From Emiliania huxleyi CCMP1516 (lineage: Eukaryota): a DNA stretch of 36,183 nucleotides. A program made the translations under genes and the position numbers. A model generated the notes under the pieces. That model was given only the letters and a program-made list of their open reading frames with translations. It was not told the origin of the DNA and ran no database searches. Numbering within the stretch: the stretch's first letter is position 1; every line of letters begins with the position of its first letter. This document shows, one piece after another, positions 25,646 to 35,036 of this stretch. The stretch lies in NCBI RefSeq assembly GCF_000372725.1, contig NW_005201792.1, positions 1-36,183 of the forward strand. Reading direction: 5' to 3'.

Positions 25646-25779
25646 GAAAGCCGCGTTTGCTAATCAGTGTCGTGTTCGTTCGTGACAGACCATACTGTCG
25701 GAGGTAGAATATGGTACTGTTTGATCTTGCAACACTAACTACACTGACTCTTCCTTCGCAAGGGCCCCGCCCCCATGAT

Positions 25780-25960
25780 GTCGGCCAACACACAACTCAG
25801 CCAGAGCCACACCCCTTCTCGGCCTCCGCTCCACCGCCTCGGCCGCCACTCTCCCGCCTCCTCTCTCTCTCTCGCTCTGCGAGGCGACGCGCGCGCGCCT
25901 ACGCCACGCGCAGGCCGCGCTCCTTTGTAGAGATGGCGGCGACGCAGAGCGAGCAGGAGG
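25780..25960 (+). repeat. Inverted duplicate of the enolase upstream region and first 9 codons
   Basis: Matches the reverse complement of 20079-20257 almost exactly, including ...tttgtagagATGGCGGCGACGCAGAGCGAGCAGGAGG. Confidence 0.95.
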
Positions 25961-26204
25961 CCACGGGGCGTTTCCCTGCCGATATGCGACGAGCACCTAG
26001 CGTCCTAGCCGCAGCGCATTACTCTCCTGTGAATATAGTCCTTCTTTTGTCAGTCACCTCTCAAGGCTATCGGGAAAAGAAAACACGCGCGCAGATCTTG
26101 GGGGGATACACCACATCTTGGGATCTGTTGCAGGGGGTTGTGCGCGCCGCTGCGCCTCCCTGCTCTGGTCGCCCCACCGCGGGGGACGCCACGCAGCGCG
26201 AGTC

Positions 26205-27871
26205 ATGCTGTCCGAGCCACAGCCCGGGATGCCCGTTCTCGAGAAGCACGCGATGCCGATCGAGCCTCAGCGGCAGCGCCGGTCGCGGACGATGTACTCT
26301 GCAGAGTACAAGCTGCGGGTCGTGCGTGAGGCGTTGGCCCGCCCACAAGCCTGCCGGATCAAGCCCACGTGCCGCGAGCACCCGGGCATCGAGCCGGTGC
26401 ACGCCTCGCCCCACGCCCCACCCCGCTCACGCACTCGCCCGCTCTCGCGCCCGTGTCCAAAGTGTCCCCAGCATCTCTGCGGCTGTTCTGCTCGTGGCCC
26501 CGCTCGCGCGATCCATCGCCGCCCCCACTTGGCCCCGCAGACGCAGCTGCGCAAGTGGATCAAGAACATCGACACGCTTGAGTCGCTCGCCGAACTCGAG
26601 GCTCGCCAGTTTGAGATCCGGCGAGACTTTCACGTGAAGAACGGGCAAAAGGCTCTGCTCGGGCCGAGCGCGCAGAGCGGGGAGAGGGAGATTGTGCAGC
26701 GCGAGCAGAATGCGCAGAACCCGTTCGGACTCGCCTCGGGCATGCTCGGCACCGTGCAGCCCTTAGCGGGCTCGCAACAACTCAGCGCGTCCCAGGCGCA
26801 CGGCGCGAGAGGCGCGGGGGAGCAGGAGCGACCCGGCCCTAACCCTCGGCCGTGCTTGCGTGCAAGGTGCAGCAGCTGCAGAGCTTCACGCACTACATGC
26901 AGTCGCTGCCGCAACAGTCGCTGCTGCAGGCGCAGCTCCAGGCCTCCAAACTGTACCACTCGGCGCCCGCGGCGTCGCAGGGGGCAAACGAGGCGCCACA
27001 CCCGGATCGCCTCCCCCCCCCCGCGAACGCTGCCAGCGTGCGCGTATCCCCCCCCCCCCCCCCCCCCTCCCTCCCTCCCTCCCGCTTGCTGCGTGTAGGC
27101 ACGATGGAGGCGTGGATGGCCGCCGTGGATTCCCCCCACGTGCGCCGTCTGTCGGCCGAGGAGACCATTGCGGCGGTGCGGGGGAGAGGGAGAGAACTTG
27201 GGGCAGCGCTGACAGCGTGGCCGGCTCAACCCACCGCGCTATGGATTAGGCGCCGGATGCGTGCGAGTTCGTACCCGGGGCCGCCCCTCAAGTCGGAGAG
27301 AAGCGGCCTCGCGCGCTTCCCGCCTCCTCTCCCCCTCTGGCGCCCAAGGAGCTGGCGCTGCAGGACTGGCGCCTAGATGCCGAAACACGGGTGTGTTCCG
27401 ACTGGCAGTAGAGTCTTGCAGCTGTCTCCGCCGCGTTCGCAGTGTACCCACGCGGTGCTCGGCTTCACGAGACCGCAGCCCCACCCTCACTTCGCGCTGC
27501 TCGTGCCGCAGGATCTGGTGCAGCTTCCTCCGCACTCTCTCGCTCCGATGGGATCTTTCGGCGGGTTCGCGCCGAGCGGCCCGCCGACCGCACCCGTGCC
27601 TCCGGCCGCGTCGGGGCCGCTCTGCGGCGCCGACGCCGTCGAGGTGATTGCGCACAATGCGATGCGCGCCGCCGCAGCCGGAGGGAGCAGTGGAGCAAGC
27701 AGTGGAGAGGCAGGCGGCGCGGCGCCGCAGGAATGGTCGCCGCCGCTCGACTGTGCCGTGCCGGCGGCCGAGCCGCTGGGCCCGTTTGAGGCATTCTGCC
27801 CCGCCGCCGTGCGCTCGCACGACGGTCGCTCGCCCGGCCTCCCGAACGGCGCGGGGTTGGTGATGTGGTGA
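26205..27871 (+). CDS. Putative transcription factor with Brinker/transposase-type HTH domain, multi-exon
   Basis: RRSRTMYSAEYKLRVVREAL...IKPTCREHPGIEP|TQLRKWIKN, joined across a GT-AG intron at about 26397-26540; followed by Gln-rich and Pro/Ala-rich exons. Confidence 0.7.
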
Positions 27872-28246
27872 TTCTGAAGGCGCCGGGCCGTGTCGCTTTG
27901 CCCGCCGTTTGGCGTGTGAGGGGACGCCGCTAGGGGAGGCGGGCGGGGGGGGGGGGGTGCCGCCCCCCTGCCACACTTACGGTCGCATGATCTTGCTCGT
28001 CGCGGCAGAGCAGGCAACGAGCAGGCACTCTACGTACGCTACGGTCTGGTCTGTCTGGGAGGATCGAGCAGGGCGTCGGGCCACCGTCTCCGAATGACAG
28101 CACTCGTGTCGGCCACGTCGCCTCCACGCCGCACCCGCGACGGGACGCGCCACGACCTGCGAGGCTGCTAGTACTCTCGAACTCTTACGAGGAAGTCGCG
28201 ATGCATATTCGGTCCGGGCGTCTCGCCTGGTGTACACTTGCTATAT

Positions 28247-28337
28247 ATTTCTCGGGTCCGTTGGCCTCTTTTGTAGGGAAGAATTTTGATACCCGTCAAG
28301 ACGCCTGCTGCAGCTTCGCGATGAAGCCGTCTGCTCC
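28247..28337 (-). repeat. ~90-bp dispersed repeat, inverted partner of 31640-31752
   Basis: ggagcagacggcttc.tc.cgaagctgc..cagcag.cgtcttgacgggt.tcaaaattcttccctacaaa(a)gaggccaacgg is present in both. Confidence 0.85.
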
Positions 28338-28776
28338 CCACTTGTCAACAGCAGGCGCTGGCGCCATCAACGTATATATATTTCTCGTTGTGTGGAGCAC
28401 TCCCCTATGTATGCGGTAAGCGGTATATCTGCTCGATCTCTCTCGTTCGTCCATCGTCGCGGTGACCGTTGTCTCGTCGAGCGGGGAGTCGATCATCTCA
28501 ACACTCAAACGTCAAAGGCGCGAGCCACCGCGGAATGGCGCGGTGTGAGCGCGGCGCTGCGCTGACTCGAGGCACTGACGGGCTCTGACCGGGCTCCGGG
28601 CACCCGTTTTTTTCTGAAAACGAAAGAGGGAGGGGGAGGGCGCGGAGGGCGTCTGAACACACGTGTCCCTCCATTCACACTCTCCCAGTCTTCCTGGTCC
28701 AGTGCCCGTCTTCTCCGCCCGCCGTCGGGCCGACCGATCTGTTTCGTCCCTTAAGACTTGAGCACTTTTGAGCACT

Positions 28777-30288
28777 GGATAGGGTCGATTCCGCATGGTA
28801 CGGGACCCCATGACCACCCCTGTGCATGCCGTCCGCAAGAACCACACTCCCCCCCCCCCCCGCTCGATCCTCGTCGCTCGCTCGTCGAAATCGATCGACT
28901 GATAAATAAATAAATAAAAACGGACACCTCTCTACTGTGAGATGGGTAAAAAGGAACAGGCCCCCGCCCTTGCGGTCTTTGTGCAGGGTTCTTTGTGGGT
29001 GTGGTCGGCGACTAGCCGGGGTCGTCCTCCCGATGGGGGACTAGCACTAGCCGTCTTCCACATGGTCCCTCGGGTCCCTGCTGCTCCTAATCTCTTCGTA
29101 CATCCTCCTGCTGATCTCCGCAAAGTCCTGCTCCCTCCCTCGTCTCGCCCTGCGCGTCTGCTCCGCCTCACCGTCTTCTGCCCTGCGTCGTCTGGCGACG
29201 GGTCCTCCATAGTCGGTCGAGGTCGCCGCCCTCCTCGTGCCTCTTCCCAACGTTCCCTCGGCGGCCGATGCCGTCTGCTCCGGCTCCCCAGTCCCCGGCT
29301 CTGCCCTGCTCTCGTCTGCGCTAGTTTCTGCTTCGTCATCACTGGCGTCTCTCCTCTTCCTTCTCCCCTTCTTGTATGCTTTGCACATCGCGTCGATTCC
29401 TTTTCGCGTGAGCACCAGCCTGAAGCCCGCCCAGCAGCTGAACCGCTCCCTAAGTCGAAGGAGCATCATCAGTTCGATCGACTGAGCTGTCGTAGTGGAT
29501 GCTATTTTTCTTTTTTCGAAAACGCGCGCGGCACGAGAGGCGTAGAAGAGAGACTGGCGTGCCCCGCGCCCAGCTCGCAGCTGGCAGTAGGAGGGTACGC
29601 CGGTGAGACCACTGGTTTTGGGATCGACCATAAATTCTCGCCACTGGAACGCTAACCGTACTTACTTACTTACAGCTGCTGTCTGTACAGAGATGCCAGC
29701 ACCCCCCACAGGCAGAGCGCTCCTGCTGGGGGGGGGGGGGGGGTCCGGACCCCCCAAGCAACAACTGCTGGGGGGGGGGGCCCCACCCCCCCCAACAACA
29801 AAACGCTTCTGCTGGGGGGGGGGCGGGGGGGTCCGCCATTCCTTTAAAAGTGCAGGGGGGGTACCCAACAATGTGCGGCCCCTCATGCTTACTCGGAAAC
29901 GGCCCCCCCCTGCGAATTGCAAGCCCCGAAGAAAACCAACCAACTCATCCCCAAAAAAGCCATCATGCCAAGGGCAACCATTGGGGCTCTTTGGCCAAAA
30001 ATTTACGGGCCCTTCAAAAGTTCTACCTAAAAAAAAGGGGGGGGGGCGCCCCCACGCCCATCCGCCAACCGGGGGGGGGTTCCCTTGCATCGTCCATCTT
30101 GGAGCACTTGGAGTGCAGTTGGCCATCGATCGTGGTTTCGTGGGGTGGGTCCCTTGAGTTTGTAACACCGTCACTGAGTTAGCCTCACCCTTTACGAGAT
30201 GAGAAGATAGTGCTCAAGTGCTCAAGACTGAACCCTGAAGAAACCAGAGCAGCAAGGGGTCCCGTACCATGCGGAATCGACCCTATCC
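28777..30288. mobile_element. Region bounded by a perfect 33-bp inverted repeat (possible non-autonomous DNA transposon)
   Basis: ggatagggtcgattccgcatggtacgggacccc (28777-28809) is the exact reverse complement of 30256-30288. No TSD seen. Confidence 0.5.
28903..29473 (-). mobile_element. 5'-truncated retroposed element (non-LTR-like) with 12-bp TSD and (TTTA)n tail
   Basis: Direct repeat tcgatcgactga at 28891-28902 and 29474-29485; open minus-strand frame to a stop at 29047; ends ...tttttatttatttattta on the minus strand. Confidence 0.7.
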
Positions 30289-30341
30289 GCGTGTTGATAC
30301 GGCGGGCTCTCACTCAGACTCTGACTCAAGTTGGCGAAGCT

Positions 30342-31118
30342 ATGTCGGCGCCGCGGCTGTCAAAGCCCGAGGCTGTGCCTGTGACGCTTCGCATGTGGAT
30401 GAGAAAGAACAAGTTGGCAACGATGGTGATCATCTCGCTTTCTCTCCTCCTGGCCCTTTCGCAGGCGCAGGTGCAGCACGAGGTGAACCACCACCGCGAG
30501 CTGAACAAGCAAGCGGCAGAGGAGCGGCGGAGCCGTGAGTGGCTGGAGCGAAAGTCGAGGCGGCTCTCTGAGCTGCTAAAGCTGCCACAAGCACGGACAG
30601 CATCGTACCTGGCGCCGCAAGTGACCAACAGTACCTGCCCGCCGTCGCCGCCGCCGTGCACAAGCTCAACACCAGCCCTCAAAGCATGTCGCGAAAAGCT
30701 CGTGCGATTGTCAGCAGCAGCTGAAGCACGTCGAGCGCCTCCACCACCGCGACTGGTGAAGCCCGCAGCAGCCGCGTTGAAAGAGGTCCATCCCACTGCT
30801 GCAGCGGCGCCCGTACTCGGCACGGCTGGCGCCCGGAGCGCCACTCCTCCGGCCGCCGTGGCTACGGCCACCAAGGCCGCGCGATTGGTGCAACCCGCAG
30901 CAACCATACCAGCGGCCGCGCTGAAAGAGGGCCATCCCACTGCTGCAGCGGCGCCCGTACTTGGCACGGCTGGCGCCCGGAACGCCACGCCACCGGCCGC
31001 TAAGGCTCCAGCCACCAAGCCCACCTCTCCCGCATCGAAAGCACGGGGCCGAACGAGCTCCCCTCTCGGTAAAGCCCAAGGGGCAGCGCCAAAGCCGGCC
31101 GGCAGTGTCGCCGCCTAG
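30342..31118 (+). CDS. Hypothetical type II membrane/secreted protein with coiled coil and duplicated Ala/Pro-rich repeat
   Basis: KNKLATMVIISLSLLLALSQAQ hydrophobic segment; two copies of RLV(K/Q)PAA..AALKE(V/G)HPTAAAAPVLGTAGAR(S/N)ATPPAA. Confidence 0.6.
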   Translation: MSAPRLSKPEAVPVTLRMWMRKNKLATMVIISLSLLLALSQAQVQHEVNHHRELNKQAAEERRSREWLERKSRRLSELLKLPQARTASYLAPQVTNSTCPPSPPPCTSSTPALKACREKLVRLSAAAEARRAPPPPRLVKPAAAALKEVHPTAAAAPVLGTAGARSATPPAAVATATKAARLVQPAATIPAAALKEGHPTAAAAPVLGTAGARNATPPAAKAPATKPTSPASKARGRTSSPLGKAQGAAPKPAGSVAA

Positions 31119-31639
31119 CGGGGATGAGATATCTCAACCTCTCTCTATAGAGCCTCAGTCAGCGGTCTGGTTGCTGTTACCTTCCTCGCCTGCGAGAGGT
31201 GCAATGTCGGGCAGAGAGTGCGCGCACAGGCGACAGGGGAGCCGGCAGGCCGTGGCCTCACAGCTGCCAGGCGCGCTGCCCTGCGGGCTGCGGCGCAGGC
31301 AGTGCCCGCGCGTGTGTGGAATTGCGGGACAGCACTTGCAACTATCTGAGGTGACACGCTCTAGGACACGCTCTGAAGCGCGCGAAGTGTCTGACTGACT
31401 GCTGTGTGAGCTGTGACAACCCCTGTGCGTGGCCTGTGTCCGGTTCTGGGTGTCGTGTGTGTGACTCTCGCTCCACACACCTCACACCCTCACACGCGTG
31501 ATCTCTCTGACTCTGTCTGCGCGTCTCCGCCGGGTCTCCGTCTGTGCCATGGTCTGTGTGCGTCAGTCTGACGAAGACCGGATCCGGAAGAGTGAAAAGT
31601 CTGTGCAGGAACCCAGGTGTGCACACGCTCGCACGGGTC

Positions 31640-31752
31640 GGAGCAGACGGCTTCGTCACGAAGCTGCCCCCAGCAGACGTCTTGACGGGTTTCAAAATTC
31701 TTCCCTACAAAGAGGCCAACGGTGAACGGACCTCAGAACGGACCCGAGAAAA
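31640..31752 (+). repeat. ~90-bp dispersed repeat, inverted partner of 28247-28337
   Basis: Direct sequence comparison; this copy has a short internal gaacggacc duplication. Confidence 0.85.
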
Positions 31753-32191
31753 GAACACGGACATCGCCATGGTGACATCGGACTCGGTCTCGGACCGATG
31801 TCGGCCGTTCTTCTCGCTTTCGGGTGTGGCTGCCGTGTGCTGCCGAGTCGGCACTGCGATACCCGACTGTGTGATCTCGAACAAATGTTGTTTGGGCGGA
31901 AGGCATGTGCGACATGGACATACTGTTTTCTACAGTACCGTACCGGTTGTCTCATGTCTGTTACTTCTCTGACAGACACGCCTCACGCGACAGACCGAGA
32001 ACCCTATCTCTCTTCTACGTGTAACGAGGAGACAGGCAGCGACGATGCGGTCTTTAAAGCATGGACGCTGACCTCCCCTCTCCTGGTAGCCAGCCTCGCC
32101 CCTCCCCCTCCTCAACAACAACAGCGAACGCCAAACCAGCGCGCCACGGCGCCAGGTGGGCTGCACATGCACGAGGCCGCAGGCAGGTCGC

Positions 32192-32506
32192 TTACTTCTT
32201 CTTGGCCGCGGGCTTCTTGGCCGCGGCCTTCTTCGGGGCGGCCTTCTTGGCCGCCGGCTTCTTCGGGGCGGCCTTCTTGGCCGCGGGCTTCTTGGCGATC
32301 TGCGAGCGAGACAGCGGCCGCTTGTGAGAAGCGTGAGAAACGTGTGGGCGCGCTTGGAGGAAGAGGGGGCAGGCGCGGAGAGAGGCGCCGTGCCCACCCG
32401 GGGCGCTGGCGGCGCCGGCGCGCCACTGTGTGGGTGTGGCTTTGGGCCGCGGGCGTGCGTGAACCTTCTTGACGGCGGCGGGCTTCTTGGCAGCGGGCTT
32501 GGCCAT
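32192..32506 (-). CDS. Histone H1-like Lys/Ala/Pro-rich protein, 49 aa, no globular domain; exons 32465-32506 and 32192-32299
   Basis: MAKPAAKKPAAVKK|IAKKPAAKKAAPKKPAAKKAAPKKAAAKKPAAKKK*, with a canonical GT-AG intron at 32300-32464. Confidence 0.85.
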   Translation of the reverse strand: MAKPAAKKPAAVKKVHARPRPKATPTQWRAGAASAPGGHGASLRACPLFLQARPHVSHASHKRPLSRSQIAKKPAAKKAAPKKPAAKKAAPKKAAAKKPAAKKK

Positions 32507-33288
32507 GATTGTCTGTGCGGCGGCGGGGCGGCGCGGACGGTGAGGAGGAGCAAAGCGAAAATTTGCGCGGGCATCGGCCGCGACCGGGAGAGGAGCGCAT
32601 GGCGAAGGGAAAGGGCGCAGCAAGCGCACCGTTAACTGCTGACTTTGAGTCCTCCCGCCCAGAAGTGGCGAAAAGCGAAAAACGGTTTATCTGTCCGCCT
32701 CGCCGCCCCCCTCCCCACCACCTCCGCCTCCGCCTCCTCCCTTGCCGCTCCCTACCCCGCCACCTCCTCCCGGACGCGAGACGGCGGCGGGGCAGCGGCC
32801 GAAGAAGCGAAGGAGGGGGAGGCGGGGGCCCCACAGCCGTTGCCCAACCAGGTAGGTGGTGAGCGAGCGAACGGGTGGGAGGACCGGGAGGAGATGGGAG
32901 CCCCTCCCTCCGGATCGAGGGTGGGTGGGTGGGGAGGCCGGCTTGCAGCGGCCGCCCCCTCCTGCTAGGCAGAGTCAGTCGGGTTCGAACGAATCCACGC
33001 GAGCCGAAACAAGGTGAAGGGGTGAGAAGCCCGAGTCTGAAGTTCACCCAGTGAGGAAGTGAGGAACTGCTCGACCCTCCCGGATCGTGCTGAACAAGCT
33101 CCTGCTGTAGCTCGATCGGTCACACACCGCCATCTCGATCGACTCCGCCGACCGACGAGCGACCGTCTTGAATGAAAGGGAGATGATGGAGCGGGGACGA
33201 CACTATGCATCATCAGCGTGCACCTCGATCCCCTTATACATGTATACCTACCTACCTTAAGGTACCGTGTTCGTTTGATGACCTTATG

Positions 33289-34761
33289 CGGGGCAAAAGG
33301 GCAAAACCGAAAACGGCCGTCCACGTAAGCTCTCTGACATTACCATTCACGGCATCACCGACCACCTCACCAAACGCATCACGAGAAAAACAAAACCGAA
33401 CTGCATACGAAACTGGAAGAAGCGGGTCCGATTCAGAATCGACTTTAAAAAAGTGTTTAGCTCGTTCGGCACCCCGCTCTCAGACGACGCCGAGGAGAGG
33501 CAGTGGAGAAAGTACGTCCACAGAGCGATTAACGTCCGCAACCGAAACCCAGCGCTCACAGAGCACAAATGCCGTTTGTGCAACCGAGAAGAGGAGAGCA
33601 TGCTGCACCTAGTCAAATGCTGCCACACAAAACCACTATGGAAAAAATGCCTAAAATTCTGCCACGAGGTGCTGGAAGCGCCCGACATGATCGACAAACT
33701 AAAGAGGGCCATAATATTCAATCAAGACCAAAAGAAAGACATGCTACCAGAAGCGGCATGCGCCTTTATACGACACGCATTTAATATCTTCTACCATGAC
33801 TTCGCAAACGTCGAAAAGGGCCACATCTTTGTATGGCAAAAGGTATACTACAGAGCCCTCACGTCCTTTCGAAGGGCGGCGATGCGATACGCGGGGAAAA
33901 TCAGACTACAACACACTCATCGGATATACACCGACCTTACAGCGGAGGTCTCGGAAGAGAGCAGGAAGAAATTCGAGCAGATAATCGAGATAGACACCAC
34001 AGGGGTCTCGGGGCTCATGCCAGACTTCAAAGACGCGATCACAGCAGCGCTGACCAGCCTCAAGGCCATATCCGACGCGGACATGAGGAGCCTCGCAACA
34101 GCCCAAAATAACCAGCAATACCATCACACGAGGCGAACACAACGTGCATGACCCGAGATCGACCCGAGATCGACCCGAGATCGACCCGAGACCGACCCGA
34201 GATCGACCCGAGATCGACCCGAGATCGACCCGAAATCGACCCGAGATCGACCCGACATCGACCCGACATCGACCCGAGATCGGCACGAGCGATCAACCCA
34301 ACAATGCCCCAAAGCCCCCTCTCTGGGGGACCCCCCCTCATCCCGAGTGTCCGTGTCCTTCGCGAGTCACCGATGGGGAGCGGGGGGGGGTGCGAGATGC
34401 ACAGGGGAGGCTGGGGAGGGGGGGGTCCACTCTGAAGACTGCCGACCGCGGGGGGGTTTTGTCCCACAGGGTTTTACCCTCCGCGTGAGGATCGGCGCGG
34501 CGAGGGGGTAGGTTCGAATTCGCCGCGCAACATTTCACCCCCACAGGACCCCGCCCACCCCCCCTCATGGTCCCACCTAGTACCCCAATGAGCCTTCGCA
34601 CCCCCTCCTTGCGCAGTGTCCCCCACTATGTGTCGCCGTTATCGGGGCATGCTATCCTGTGTAGTCAGGGCAAGTGGGGGCGGGGGGCAGTCCCTCTGGT
34701 CTGATACTGGTGTGGTTCTGTCCCTAGTCTCGGAGGGGGGCTTGAAGCTAAGAATATTTTT
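33289..34761 (+). mobile_element. 5'-truncated LINE (L1/Tx1-like) ORF2 C-terminus with zf-RVT zinc knuckle, 3' UTR and 15-bp TSD
   Basis: A-rich ORF to 34151 with CRLCNREEESMLHLVKCCHTKPLW (CxxC..E...H...C); direct repeat tttgatgaccttatg at 33274-33288 and 34762-34776. Confidence 0.85.
34150..34281 (+). repeat. 11-nt tandem repeat (gacccgagatc) x~12 in the LINE 3' UTR
   Basis: Directly visible; begins at the LINE stop codon. Confidence 0.95.
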
Positions 34762-35036
34762 TTTGATGACCTTATGACCCCCCCCCCCAAATGTGCAATG
34801 AATGAACACACACACCAGTCAGTGAGTGAGGGAGGGCGAGACGATCGAGGGGTCCAATCGACCCTATCCCAGTGCTCAGTGCTCAGTGTGTCTTCCTCAA
34901 CCCGAGCTCCCTCGAGCCCTCGTCCGCTCTCGAGGTTCCTCTTCCGTCCTCTTCCGTCGGTTCGTTTTGGGCTCAGATTTGGGGGACGGGCGAGTGTCGA
35001 GGGATGGCGACGCCACCGCTCCAAGCGCGCAGCTGA

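Noticed and set aside
28296..28508. Response-regulator receiver fragments (GADGFIAKL / GADGFVTKL)
   Set aside because: The similarity comes from a short DNA repeat with indels; no other receiver motifs are present.
29690..30085. G-quadruplex or structured element in the poly-G/poly-C region
   Set aside because: Dense irregular homopolymer runs look like low-quality read sequence over a ctgctggggg repeat; not interpretable without reads.
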